A stretch of 64,000 nt of DNA from Candidatus Marinacidobacterales bacterium (GTDB lineage Bacteria > Acidobacteriota > Vicinamibacteria > Marinacidobacterales > SMYC01), in the NCBI GenBank assembly GCA_965224085.1, contig CBDCYI010000005.1, forward strand, positions 1,248,001 through 1,312,000, read 5' to 3'. Position numbers and translations under genes: made by a program. The stretch's first letter is position 1, and every line of letters begins with the position of its first letter. Under the pieces are notes generated by a model, which did no database searches, was not told where the DNA came from, and saw only the letters and a program-made list of their open reading frames with translations. This document shows, in pieces, positions 28,556 to 38,237 of this stretch.

Positions 28556-29880
28556 GGCACTTCCTCCGCCACCGCGGACGGCGGAAGCACGTCACGCGCC
28601 ATGGGTGCCAGCAACTCGTGCCACGCCCCCGGAAGCACGATCATCGAAAGGCACCAAAAGGCGACCGGGATAGCGAGCCAAAGCCCGCGCTTAGGTTCCG
28701 CGGGCTCGCGTGCCCGGGCGATCGTCTCGCGCCAAAGGCGGAGCGACAGCATCAAGAAGCCGAGCGCTGCAAGCGCTCCAAAACTTCGCGAATGCGACCA
28801 CTGCGCTGGCAACACCCACAGCAGCGGCGTGACCGTCAGAAACAGAGCGAAAAAACCGAGGAGGGCGCGCGCGTTCGAAAGCGCGAGGCCGGTCACGCCA
28901 GTCGCAAGCACCAGCATTTGGAGCGCCGCCCCGATAACGCCCGGCTCCTGAAACGAAAAGATTCCGACCAGAACGAGCGCTTGGTGGCCGACGACGAGGC
29001 GCGCCCACGGACGCCCAGGCGCAAGCGCGGCATAGCCAAGCGTCACGATCGCGAGACTCAATGCGATATCGCTCCCCAAGAACGCGCCGTTTTTGCAAAT
29101 CGGCAGCACGAGCCGGAACAGGAGATAGCTTCCCGCCAGGCTCGAGAGAGCCCCTACCGCAAGACGCCCCGGACGCGACGCGCTTTCGAGAACCGGCAAC
29201 AGCCCCGACGCGACTGGCAGGACGGGAAGCGCAAACGCGACTCCGGCGAAGGCGACGAGAAAAAGCACCCGCTCTGTATCTGGGTAGAGCACGAGCGCTC
29301 GCAACCGCAAGAGATCCGTCGAAGCGAAGCCGGTCTGCACGAGAACGAGCTGATAACAGTGGACGAAAAAGCCGAATAAGAGTGCGAGGCCGGCAAGCTG
29401 AAACACGAAGTAACGGCGCCGCGCGCCGGCAAAAGGCGCCACCGCAACGAGGAGTCCACCATAGAAAGCCAGGAGAAGATAAGCATCTCGGGCAAGGAAT
29501 AGGCCGAGCGCCATGGACTCGGCGAGCAAGATCCATGTGGCCGCGCGTTCATCGAAGGGCGCTCCCAAAAGCACCACTGTGCTCGCGAGAGCCGTCCAGC
29601 ACACCAAAGCCAGGCTGAAACCGTCGAGACCGAGAACCCAGCTAACCCCCGTCGCTTCGATGAGATTTCGAGATTCCCAGATCCCGTTGGCCGATTCCGA
29701 GCCGAGAAACAGTAAGGCCGTGACGAGCGCGAGGAGCAGCGTCGCCGACGAGCAGATGCGCGTGACCCAGCGCGCTGTCGAGAGGTGCTTTGGGCTCAAT
29801 AGGCCGCAAACAAGACTTCCCGAAGCCGGAACGGCCAAGAGCAGGCTCAAGAGAGGGAACACTGTGGGAAGGCTCATCAA
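28552..29880 (-). CDS. Degenerate NuoM-like membrane protein
   Basis: LGLDGFSLALV, GLFLARDAYLL, GYLLFRLVLP-like, GVIGAALQM; key Glu/Lys apparently replaced. Confidence 0.7.
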   Translation of the reverse strand: MMSLPTVFPLLSLLLAVPASGSLVCGLLSPKHLSTARWVTRICSSATLLLALVTALLFLGSESANGIWESRNLIEATGVSWVLGLDGFSLALVCWTALASTVVLLGAPFDERAATWILLAESMALGLFLARDAYLLLAFYGGLLVAVAPFAGARRRYFVFQLAGLALLFGFFVHCYQLVLVQTGFASTDLLRLRALVLYPDTERVLFLVAFAGVAFALPVLPVASGLLPVLESASRPGRLAVGALSSLAGSYLLFRLVLPICKNGAFLGSDIALSLAIVTLGYAALAPGRPWARLVVGHQALVLVGIFSFQEPGVIGAALQMLVLATGVTGLALSNARALLGFFALFLTVTPLLWVLPAQWSHSRSFGALAALGFLMLSLRLWRETIARAREPAEPKRGLWLAIPVAFWCLSMIVLPGAWHELLAPMARDVLPPSAVAEEVP

Positions 29881-29897
29881 GCGTCGGAAAACCGGGT

Positions 29898-29964
29898 ACT
29901 ATATGGGCTTGCGCAAAAGCGTGTCAAGGATGACTTGACATCCTAGCACCCGCAGTACGACAAT
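29898..29964. promoter_or_regulatory. Back-to-back sigma70-like promoters
   Basis: Minus strand TTGACA-18-TATAGT (29927-29898); plus strand TTGACA at 29935, 18 bp, GACAAT. Confidence 0.45.
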
Positions 29965-30066
29965 GATTCCAGCCGTTAAGTCTAATGCTGACCGACCCCT
30001 ACGCTCTCGCGCGGGCTCGCGGGGGCTCGTTCGCTGGGGGCTTGCCGACGAGAAGAGCTTCTTTCG

Positions 30067-30416
30067 ATGATCACTGGTTTCAATACCGACGTTCCTTACA
30101 AAGGTGAGACCTACCATGTCCAGACCGAGGACAAAGGTAAGGACAACCCGATGGTCGAGTCCCTGATTTATAAGGGCGGCGAGATTCTAGGCGCGCGGCG
30201 GACTGCCTACTCCAAATTCTTGCCCAACGGGGATGACGAAAAAACGTCATCAAGTTCATGGAAGAGCAGCATCGTCGCGTGATCGATGAAGTCAAGCGGG
30301 GCCGCTTCGACAAGGATGGCGGGGTGCTCGAAGACGCGACGAATGTCGGTGACCAGAGCCTCGATCAAGTCATCCTGAACTATTTGGCCGCCAACAAGAA
30401 GGGCGAAAAGAAGTAG
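30067..30416 (+). pseudogene. Conserved hypothetical protein with a frameshift in an A6 run
   Basis: MITGFNTDV...YHVQTEDKG; adding one A at about 30240 continues NVIKFMEEQHRRVIDEV...SLDQVILNYL to TAG at 30416. Confidence 0.7.
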
Positions 30417-30422
30417 CGCTCT

Positions 30423-30638
30423 TTGGCTGACATCGCTTTGCAGATTCGGCTGAACGGACAGGAACACGAGCTCCCCGACTATGTAACCATCCACGCTCTG
30501 TTGGACAAGCTCGGGATCGAGGCCGAGCGCGTTGCCGTCGAAGTCAATCGCCGCATCTTGACACGCTCGGAGTTCACCGCCGTCACTGTGGAGCAAGGCG
30601 ATGAGATCGAAGTCGTCACGTTCGTCGGTGGCGGCTGA
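30423..30638 (+). CDS. thiS: Sulfur carrier protein ThiS
   Basis: LNG...VAVEVN...GDEIEVVTFVGGG C-terminus. Confidence 0.95.
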   Translation: MADIALQIRLNGQEHELPDYVTIHALLDKLGIEAERVAVEVNRRILTRSEFTAVTVEQGDEIEVVTFVGGG

Positions 30639-30665
30639 TCGCGATTCGCAGTAAGCTTGGTTCCC

Positions 30666-31442
30666 ATGCGCATCGCGGACAAAGAGCTCGGCTCGCGTCT
30701 CATTCTCGGGACGGGCAAGTATGCGAGCTTCGATCTCATGCGCGCCTGCCACGAGATTTCGGGTACGGAGATCGTCACGGTCGCTGTACGCCGCGTCAAC
30801 TTGACCGACCGCTCGAAAGAGACGCTGCTCGACTGCATCGATCGCGAAAGGTTCATGCTGCTCCCGAATACAGCGGCGTGCTACACCGAGGATGACGCTG
30901 TGCGCACCGCCCGGCTCGGGCGCGAGGCGGGGCTTTCGAACTGGGTCAAGCTCGAAGTGATTGGCGACGAACGGACGTTGTTTCCCGATACCGCAGCTCT
31001 CGTGAAAGCAACCCAGACACTCGTGAAGGAAGGCTTCGTCGTCCTGCCTTATACGAATGACGACGTCGTCGTCGCGAAAAAGCTCGAGGATGCAGGCGCC
31101 GTGGCGGTCATGCCGCTCGGCGCCCCCATCGGCTCGGGCCTCGGGATCCAGAACCCGAACAACTTGCTGTTGATACGAGAGGCGATTTCCGTCCCGATGA
31201 TCGTCGATGCCGGAGTCGGCACAGCTTCCGACGCCGCCGTCGCGATGGAGCTCGGCGCGGACGGCGTTCTGATGAACACCGCCATCGCCGAAGCCAAAGA
31301 CCCGGTCAAGATGGCCGATGCGATGAAGCGCGCCATTGTCGCGGGACGGCTCGCCTTCGAAGCAGGCAGGATGCCGAGACGGCGCTATGCGAGCGCGAGC
31401 AGCCCTATCGAGGGCGTCGTGGGAAGCAGCAATATTTCTTGA
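30666..31442 (+). CDS. thiG: Thiazole synthase
   Basis: [38 protein letters not shown]. Confidence 0.98.
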   Translation: MRIADKELGSRLILGTGKYASFDLMRACHEISGTEIVTVAVRRVNLTDRSKETLLDCIDRERFMLLPNTAACYTEDDAVRTARLGREAGLSNWVKLEVIGDERTLFPDTAALVKATQTLVKEGFVVLPYTNDDVVVAKKLEDAGAVAVMPLGAPIGSGLGIQNPNNLLLIREAISVPMIVDAGVGTASDAAVAMELGADGVLMNTAIAEAKDPVKMADAMKRAIVAGRLAFEAGRMPRRRYASASSPIEGVVGSSNIS

Positions 31443-31452
31443 TGTAAGCGCC

Positions 31453-32775
31453 TTGTCCACAGAGCCTACCGTCTCCGAACTCAAAGAAAAACTTCACGAA
31501 GAAGAAGAGTTCTACGCCGAGCTACTTGCGAAGCTCGACGCGCTCTCGGGGACGCGCGCCCCTTACGACCAGGACGGCACCATCCCGGAGCTACTCGCAA
31601 GTCTCAATCAGTCCAGCGCGCTCACCGCACCGGATTCGGGGGCGACTACAGATGGCGCAGAAGGCGGCGGCTTAAAAGGGCTCGCGCGAGCTATCGCCCG
31701 GCGCCTCGTCGAGCCCGAGCTTCAAGCACTCGGTCGCGCGCTCAAGCAGCAGCGAAGCTTCAACTCGAGCCTCGTGCAGTTCTTGAATCGCTTCGCCGAG
31801 ACCTCGAATCGCGCCGCAGCCGCGCAAGCCGAGTTCACCTCGGCGCTCGTCGGATTTTCCCAGCGCATCGACCGGTTGGCCGACGCCAAGGACCGGCTCT
31901 ACGCGTGCCTCGGCAACGAGCGCGCCGATTTGCTGCTTCAAGCAATGGACCAGCGTGTCGAGCGTGTGCAGCTCGGCGTCCGTGCTATCAAACAACGGGT
32001 CGAAGGCATGGATTCGTCGCTCGCGGTGGCGCGTGCTGAGCTCCACGCCGTTTTCGCGCGGGTCTCCGGTGAGAGCCCGGCAAGAGCGGAGAGCACACCC
32101 GATCTCGAAGCGGAGCACTACCTCGCTTTCGAGGAGCGCTTCCGCGGAAGCTCCGATGCGATTCGGGAACGCCTCGCCGACTACGTACCCTACTTCGAAG
32201 GAAAGAACCCTGTGCTCGAGCTCGGGTGCGGGCGCGGAGAGTTTCTCGAGCTCTTGAAAGAAGCCGGCATCGAGGCGGAAGGCGTGGACGGCAATCGCGA
32301 GATGATCCATGCTTGCCGCGACAAAGGCGTCGAAGCGAAAGTCGGGGATCTCGTGACTGTCCTTGCGGATCGCGCCGCCGGATCGGCCGGCGGTATCTTC
32401 GCGGCTCAAGTGATCGAGCACTTGCCGCCTTCGCTTCTGAGAAAAGTGCTCGCCGATGGCTACCGCGTTCTCCGTCCCAAAGGCCGCATCATCCTCGAGA
32501 CCGTGAACCCCACGAGTGTCATAGCACTCGTGGAATCGTTCTACCGGGACCTCACCCACCAAAAGCCGCTTCACCCCGAGACACTCGAATTCATGCTACG
32601 CGCCGTAGGCTTTCCCGAAGTGACCGTCCGCACCACGAGCCCGGTCGGCGAGCGAGCGCGCTTGCTTCCGGTGATGGCGTCGATGGATGGAAGCGACACA
32701 GTCAATCAGAACTTCGAAAAGCTCAACGCGCTGCTCTTCGCCGACCAGGACTACGCGGTCATCGCGACCAAGTAA
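31453..32775 (+). CDS. Coiled-coil plus class I SAM methyltransferase (glycan-terminator-like)
   Basis: YLAFEERFRGS, VLELGCGRGEFL, QVIEHL, FYRDLTHQKP, DYAVIA; start uncertain. Confidence 0.8.
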   Translation: MSTEPTVSELKEKLHEEEEFYAELLAKLDALSGTRAPYDQDGTIPELLASLNQSSALTAPDSGATTDGAEGGGLKGLARAIARRLVEPELQALGRALKQQRSFNSSLVQFLNRFAETSNRAAAAQAEFTSALVGFSQRIDRLADAKDRLYACLGNERADLLLQAMDQRVERVQLGVRAIKQRVEGMDSSLAVARAELHAVFARVSGESPARAESTPDLEAEHYLAFEERFRGSSDAIRERLADYVPYFEGKNPVLELGCGRGEFLELLKEAGIEAEGVDGNREMIHACRDKGVEAKVGDLVTVLADRAAGSAGGIFAAQVIEHLPPSLLRKVLADGYRVLRPKGRIILETVNPTSVIALVESFYRDLTHQKPLHPETLEFMLRAVGFPEVTVRTTSPVGERARLLPVMASMDGSDTVNQNFEKLNALLFADQDYAVIATK

Positions 32776-32785
32776 TGGCAGCTAT

Positions 32786-33094
32786 ATGATGAAGAGGATG
32801 GTGAAGGTAGCCACCCAGAGCGAAATCGAAATGGGCACCTGCAAGGCCATCGAAGCCGACGGCAAGACCATCGTTGTCTACAACGTCGACGGCGAGTTCT
32901 TCGCCTCTTCGAGCCAATGCGCACACCAGGGCGGACCGCTCGGGGACGGGCTCGTCGACGGCAAGACCGTGGCTTGTCCGTGGCATGCGTGGCAGTTCGA
33001 CCTCGTCACCGGAGAAGCCATCTTCGACCCCGGCTTCAAGATCGACTGCTTCAAAGTCGAGCTCCAAGGCGATGACATTCTCGTCGAGGTATAG
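32786..33094 (+). CDS. Rieske [2Fe-2S] ferredoxin
   Basis: CAHQGGPL...CPWHAWQFD. Confidence 0.93.
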   Translation: MMKRMVKVATQSEIEMGTCKAIEADGKTIVVYNVDGEFFASSSQCAHQGGPLGDGLVDGKTVACPWHAWQFDLVTGEAIFDPGFKIDCFKVELQGDDILVEV

Positions 33095-33096
33095 AT

Positions 33097-33864
33097 CTGG
33101 CTAAAGAAGCGAGCGTCCAAGACACCCCAACCGGTGAGAGCCTGGAGGAGCTGTCCCGCCGCGCTCGGACTCTCGCGCGCAAGCTCCGGAAAGCCTATCC
33201 CGACGCGAAATGCGCGCTCGACCACGACAACGCGCTCCAGCTGCTCATCGCTACGATCTTGTCAGCCCAATGCACCGACGCGCGGGTCAACAAAGTGACG
33301 CCGGCTCTGTTCGCGCGCTACTCGGAAGCGAAAGACTTCGCTGCTTCCGAGAGGAGCGAGCTCGAGGAGCTCGTCCGCACGACGGGTTTTTACCGCAACA
33401 AATCCAAGTCGATCCAGGGCGCCACGTCGAACATCACCGACACGTTCGGTGGCGAAGTCCCGAAGACGATGGAAGAGCTTTTGACCCTCCCCGGCGTCGC
33501 GCGCAAGACGGCGAATGTCGTGCTCGGGACGGCTTTCGGCATTGCTTCCGGTTTCGTCGTCGACACGCACGTCTTCCGGCTCTCCCACCGCATGGGGCTC
33601 GCGAAAGCGAAGACCCCGGAGCAAGTCGAGAGACAATTGATGGCGCGCCTCCCGAAAAAGGATTGGATCGATTTAGCGCATATCCTGATCCATCACGGCC
33701 GCGCCATCTGCGCCGCTCGCTCGCCGCAATGCGATGAGTGTATGGTCGAAGCCGATTGTCCCAAGATCGGCGTCGAGCCGCCCAAAGCGAAAACCGTCGC
33801 GCGCGACATTTCCAATCGGGGCCGGCCACTGAAAGACCGCATCGCCGCCGCAAAGAAGAAGTGA
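33097..33864 (+). CDS. nth: Endonuclease III
   Basis: LLIATILSAQCTD, LPGVARKTANVV, VDTHV, C-x6-C-x2-C-x5-C; start probably CTG at 33097. Confidence 0.95.
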   Translation: MAKEASVQDTPTGESLEELSRRARTLARKLRKAYPDAKCALDHDNALQLLIATILSAQCTDARVNKVTPALFARYSEAKDFAASERSELEELVRTTGFYRNKSKSIQGATSNITDTFGGEVPKTMEELLTLPGVARKTANVVLGTAFGIASGFVVDTHVFRLSHRMGLAKAKTPEQVERQLMARLPKKDWIDLAHILIHHGRAICAARSPQCDECMVEADCPKIGVEPPKAKTVARDISNRGRPLKDRIAAAKKK

Positions 33865-33868
33865 CGCC

Positions 33869-34900
33869 ATGAAGCTCGGGCTCAATATCGGCTTTCTGAC
33901 TTCCGCGAATCCCGACCCAGTGCCGCTCGCCGTCGAAGCCGAGCGGCTCGGCTATAACTCTGTGTGGGCGGCCGAAGCGTGGGGCTCGGACGCCGTCAGC
34001 CTCATCGCTTGGGTGGGTGCCAAGACTGAGCGCATCGGCCTCGGCACCGCGATTCTTCAAATTCCGTCGCGCACACCCGCGTTGACGGCGATGACCGCTG
34101 CCACGCTCGACCGCTTGAGCCACGAACGCCTGCTTCTCGGGCTCGGCGTCTCCGGCCCTCAAGTCGTCGAAGGTTGGCACGGAGTGCCGTATGGGAAGCC
34201 GCTCGCGCGCACGCGTGAAGCCGTCGCCATCATCCGCCGCGTGCTCGAGGGTAGCGAGCCGCTCCGTTGGGACGGCGAGGTCTATCGTGTCCCGCACCCA
34301 GGTGGTACCGGGCTCGGCAAGCCACTGAAGTTGATGATGGCTCCTGCGCGTCCGTCCATCCCGATCTATCTCGCCGCCATCGGCCCGAAGAACGTGGCGC
34401 TCGCCGCGGAGATCGCCGATGGCTGGCTACCTGTGTTCTACTCGCCGTTTCATCCCGAGAGCTTTCGAGGCGCACTCGAGAGCGGGTCGGCCCGGCGCAC
34501 GCCCGCGCGCCAGGCTCTCGACTTCGACGTGGCGCCGAGCGTTCAAGTCGCGATTGGCGACGATTTAGACCGCTGCCGCAATGCCGTCAAACCGACGCTC
34601 GCGCTCTATATCGGTGGCATGGGGGCGAAAGGCAAGAACTTTTACAACAGCCTCGCTTGCCGATACGGCTACGAAGCCGAAGCCGAGACCATCCAGGATC
34701 TCTACTTGGCAGGACGCAAGAAAGAAGCGATCGCGGCGGTTCCCGATGCGCTCGTGGATCAAGTCGCCCTTTGTGGTCCCGAAGCGCGCGTCGCCGAGCG
34801 GGTGCAGGCGTGGAAAGAAGCAGGCGTGACGACGCTCATCTGCATGCTACAGGACGTGGGGACGCTGCAGACAATGGCAGCGATCAGGGAGCGTCTATAG
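33869..34900 (+). CDS. LLM-class (probably F420-dependent) oxidoreductase
   Basis: AEAWGSDA, LGLGVSGPQVVEGWHG, AAIGPKNV, LYIGGMG. Confidence 0.88.
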   Translation: MKLGLNIGFLTSANPDPVPLAVEAERLGYNSVWAAEAWGSDAVSLIAWVGAKTERIGLGTAILQIPSRTPALTAMTAATLDRLSHERLLLGLGVSGPQVVEGWHGVPYGKPLARTREAVAIIRRVLEGSEPLRWDGEVYRVPHPGGTGLGKPLKLMMAPARPSIPIYLAAIGPKNVALAAEIADGWLPVFYSPFHPESFRGALESGSARRTPARQALDFDVAPSVQVAIGDDLDRCRNAVKPTLALYIGGMGAKGKNFYNSLACRYGYEAEAETIQDLYLAGRKKEAIAAVPDALVDQVALCGPEARVAERVQAWKEAGVTTLICMLQDVGTLQTMAAIRERL

Positions 34901-35734
34901 TTTCGGAAATACGATAGAGCTTCGTCTGCGTGCGGAGATAGAGGCTCTCTCCTACGATGGCGGGGCTAGCAAAGCTCATTTCACCGAGGCTGTTTTTTCC
35001 GAGCTCCTCGTGCTCGTCGACGCCCGCGCGGGCGACGAACGTGTCCCCGTCTTCGCTCAAGAAGAACACGTTCCCGCCATAGGCCCAAGGAGAGGCAGAG
35101 AACGTGTGACCGCCCCCGCCCACGCGCGCGCGGTAAAGGCGCTCGCCGCTTTCCGCGTCGAGCACCGAAAGGATCCCGTTGTCGTTCACGATGTAGAGAC
35201 GGCCTCGATAGAGAAGGGGCGACGACGTGTAAGCCGAAGCGCGGGGGTGTCTCCATGCGACGAAGGCGTTGGCTTCTTCGCCTTCAGCTAGAGAGATGTC
35301 GCCCGACGCTCCCGGCCGGACGGCGTAGACGGGTCGGTTCGATTCGCCTTGAGAGCCGGTGCTGAGAAACAGGAGGTTCGCTCCCTCGAGCGGCGTCGGC
35401 GTTGCTTGTCCGGACAGCCCTGAGAGACGCCAGAGCTCCTTGCCCTGGTCGTCATAGCCGACGGCGATACCGTGCCCAACGGAAACGATTTCCTCGCGCC
35501 CCTTCGTCTTCCAAAAGAAAGGCGTCGACCAACCCGAGGCAATCATCCTCTTCCCTTCGCCACGGGCGACACGAAAGATCTCTTTGCCCGTCTTCCTGTC
35601 GACCGCGGCGAGAAACGATTCTTCCTGATTGTCGTGCTGTATGTAGACCCGCTCGCCGGCGACGATCGGTGAGGATGCCGTCCCGAAATCCGAATAGATC
35701 TCCTGGGGCTCCCAGTGCTTCTTCCAGACTAGCT

Positions 35735-37420
35735 AGTACCCGTCCTGACAGGTGTAAGAGGTTGAGAAAAAAGGGGTAATCGCAAATTTAGGGCTAGCCT
35801 TCTGAGGGAGTGTCGTTTAGTATCGAGTCGACAAAAACGCAGATTCTAAACGACTTAACTCCAAAGGAGACCAGCCCTAAATGCGAAAAACGATCAACCC
35901 ACAACCAAGCCTTCGCGAGCCCTGGCTGGAGCTGGAGCACGCACGCGAGCTCGAAACGATATCATCGCTGCTCGATGCCCATCCTAAGCTGAATGAGCTG
36001 GTACTGCAAGACCTGAGGTCGGTCACCCCATCGGCAGGGAGCGATGTTGGTCGTGGGGGAATGAGCGCGGAGCAGGTTCTCCGGGCGTTGTTGGTCAAGC
36101 AGCTGAATCAGTTCACCTATCGGGAGCTGGCGTTTCACTTGGCAGACTCTCGAAGCTATCGGACGTTTTGCCAGCTCGGCATCATAGAGCCGAGCCCGTC
36201 GAAGTCGACCCTAGCAGCAAACATCAAAGCCGTGAAGTTCGAAACGCTGGAGAAAATCAACCGAGAGTTGGTGAGTGTTGCCGAGAAGACCGCGATCGAA
36301 AAAGGAAGAAAAGTACGAGTGGACTGCACGGTAGTGGAGTCGAATATTCATTCTCCTACGGACTCCGAGCTTCTTTATGACTGCGTCCGAGTTCTCACTC
36401 GCCTCATGTGCCGAACTCGCGAACTGCTGGGTACAGTAGTGGTCTTCGGCAATCGAACGCGTCAAGCGAAGAGACGTCGACTGGGAGTTCTAAACGCGAA
36501 GGATAAGGAACAAAGGCGTCGCGTCTATCGAGATCTACTGAAGGTGTCGGAAGAAACCTATCGCTCCGCTCAACGCGTTGCAGACCAGTTGGACGAGTCC
36601 GGCTTGACCGAGCCGGTGAAGCGAGCGAGTGCGGAGAAGATCGCCGCGGATTTTAAGCACTTTCTCGTCCTCACCGAAAAAGTCATCAACCAAACTCGGC
36701 GTAGAGTGATTGATGAAGAGCGTGTGCCTGCGGAGGAAAAGGTCGTTTCGATCTTCGAAGAACACACCGACATTATTCGCAAAGACCGGCGCGAGACTCT
36801 CTACGGTCACAAGGTGTGTTTGACTGGTGGCTCGTCCTCGATGATTTTGGATTGCGTGATCTTGGATGGGAATCCGTCCGATTCAACTCTCGCGGAAACC
36901 ATGATCGACCGTCAAGTCGAACTCTACGAACGGGCCCCGCGCCAGGTTGCCTACGATGGCGCGTTTTCTTCAAAGGCAAACTTGGAAGCCATCAAAGGCA
37001 AGGGAGTTGAAGATGTTGCCTTTACCAAGGCTCACTTCGCGGTGACCGATATGGTCAAGAGTTCCTGGGTCTATCAACGCCTACGGCGATTTCGCTGCGG
37101 AATCGAAGGCGTCATTTCGTTCTTGAAACGAGTCTTTGGTCTCGACCGATGCACATGGCGCTCATTGCCTTCTTTCAAATCCTACGTATGGAGTTCCATC
37201 ATCACCTGCAACCTGTTGGTAATGGCAAGGCACCTATTACGATAATAATGATTACTCTTACTGCGTTTATAGCCATGGATTGCTGACGATTCGCCTCTCG
37301 TTTCGTCCAAGATTTTCATTCGCTTCCGAGCCTACGAGGTGCCGGCTGAAAACGTATAATACCCACATCTTCGATAGGCCTCTCGTACACCACAAGTTAT
37401 GGTGTTTCTGGACAGGAACT
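35735..37420 (+). mobile_element. Insertion sequence (ISNCY/IS5-like DDE), about 1686 bp, apparently intact
   Basis: Imperfect IRs AGTACCCGTCCTGA / rc AGTTCCTGTCCAGA; AGCT duplicated at 35731-35734 and 37421-37424; exact end/TSD split ambiguous by a few bp. Confidence 0.88.
35881..37245 (+). CDS. DDE transposase
   Basis: RVDCTVVESNIHSPTDS, VAYDGAF, RFRCGIEGVISFLKR. Confidence 0.92.
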   Translation: MRKTINPQPSLREPWLELEHARELETISSLLDAHPKLNELVLQDLRSVTPSAGSDVGRGGMSAEQVLRALLVKQLNQFTYRELAFHLADSRSYRTFCQLGIIEPSPSKSTLAANIKAVKFETLEKINRELVSVAEKTAIEKGRKVRVDCTVVESNIHSPTDSELLYDCVRVLTRLMCRTRELLGTVVVFGNRTRQAKRRRLGVLNAKDKEQRRRVYRDLLKVSEETYRSAQRVADQLDESGLTEPVKRASAEKIAADFKHFLVLTEKVINQTRRRVIDEERVPAEEKVVSIFEEHTDIIRKDRRETLYGHKVCLTGGSSSMILDCVILDGNPSDSTLAETMIDRQVELYERAPRQVAYDGAFSSKANLEAIKGKGVEDVAFTKAHFAVTDMVKSSWVYQRLRRFRCGIEGVISFLKRVFGLDRCTWRSLPSFKSYVWSSIITCNLLVMARHLLR

Positions 37421-38237
37421 AGCTCGCCTGTCATGGAATAACAGAAAAGCCCAACGTTTCCGAAATAAGCGTAGACGTGCTCGCCATCTGTGGCCGGTGT
37501 CTCGGAAGCATAAGTGTTCTTGCGATGCCGGCCACCGAACGGCTTGCCGCGATGCGCTTCGCGTTCCCACAGGATTTCACCGCTTTCCACAGCGACGGCA
37601 TAGAGCATGTAACGGATAGCTTCGGTCTCGCTCGCGAGCTCGATGTCGCGCGTGACGACGCGATCCATCACTTCCTCGTCGCTCAAGCCTTGCTCGGCAA
37701 GCTCCGCGGCATAGTCGTTTCCGAAGATTCCGGTGGAAGGCTCTTTGAAAGAGCCGTCGACGGTGACGGCGGAGGTCACGAAAAGCGTCGAGCCGCACAC
37801 GATGGGTGACGACCATCCGCGGCCGGGTATTGTCGCGACCCAAGCAACGTTGTCGGTCTCGGACCACTTCGTGGGAGGTGTTGCTGTCTCGGAGACGCCA
37901 GAGCTTCCGGGACCGCGGAATTGCGGCCAGTTGTCAGCGGAGGCGATGAGGGACCAGAGGAGCAAGAACGGAATCCAGCGAGAGCTCGTCATATGCCCGC
38001 AATGTTTTCGTGAAGCGGCACGGCTGTCAATCCGAAGACGGTTACTGCTTTGGCGGCGAGCTACGGTTTCGTTTACCTCGGAGTGGATGGCGCGTGGCAC
38101 GGTGGCGGCCGGCCGGAGGTAAGAGCGCTTCGGTAGAGAACCTTTGACCGTCGTGTCGTGCACCCGAGCGCGAGCACGTGATTGCCAAAGTCCTCGTCGC
38201 GAGCGTAAGATGAACTAGACCCACAAAAAATTTGCCA

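Larger units (their letters stand above)
34884..37992 (-). pseudogene. PQQ-binding-like beta-propeller exported protein interrupted by an IS
   Basis: DNWPQFRGP...GWSSPI...YASETPATDG...MTGELV | IS | WKKHW...GTASSPI...YTSSPL...FASPAI; frame is restored when the IS is removed. Confidence 0.9.

Noticed and set aside
29970-30066. TPP riboswitch upstream of thiS-thiG
   Set aside because: No CTGAGA or ACCTGA core motifs; only a GC-rich hairpin-like tract
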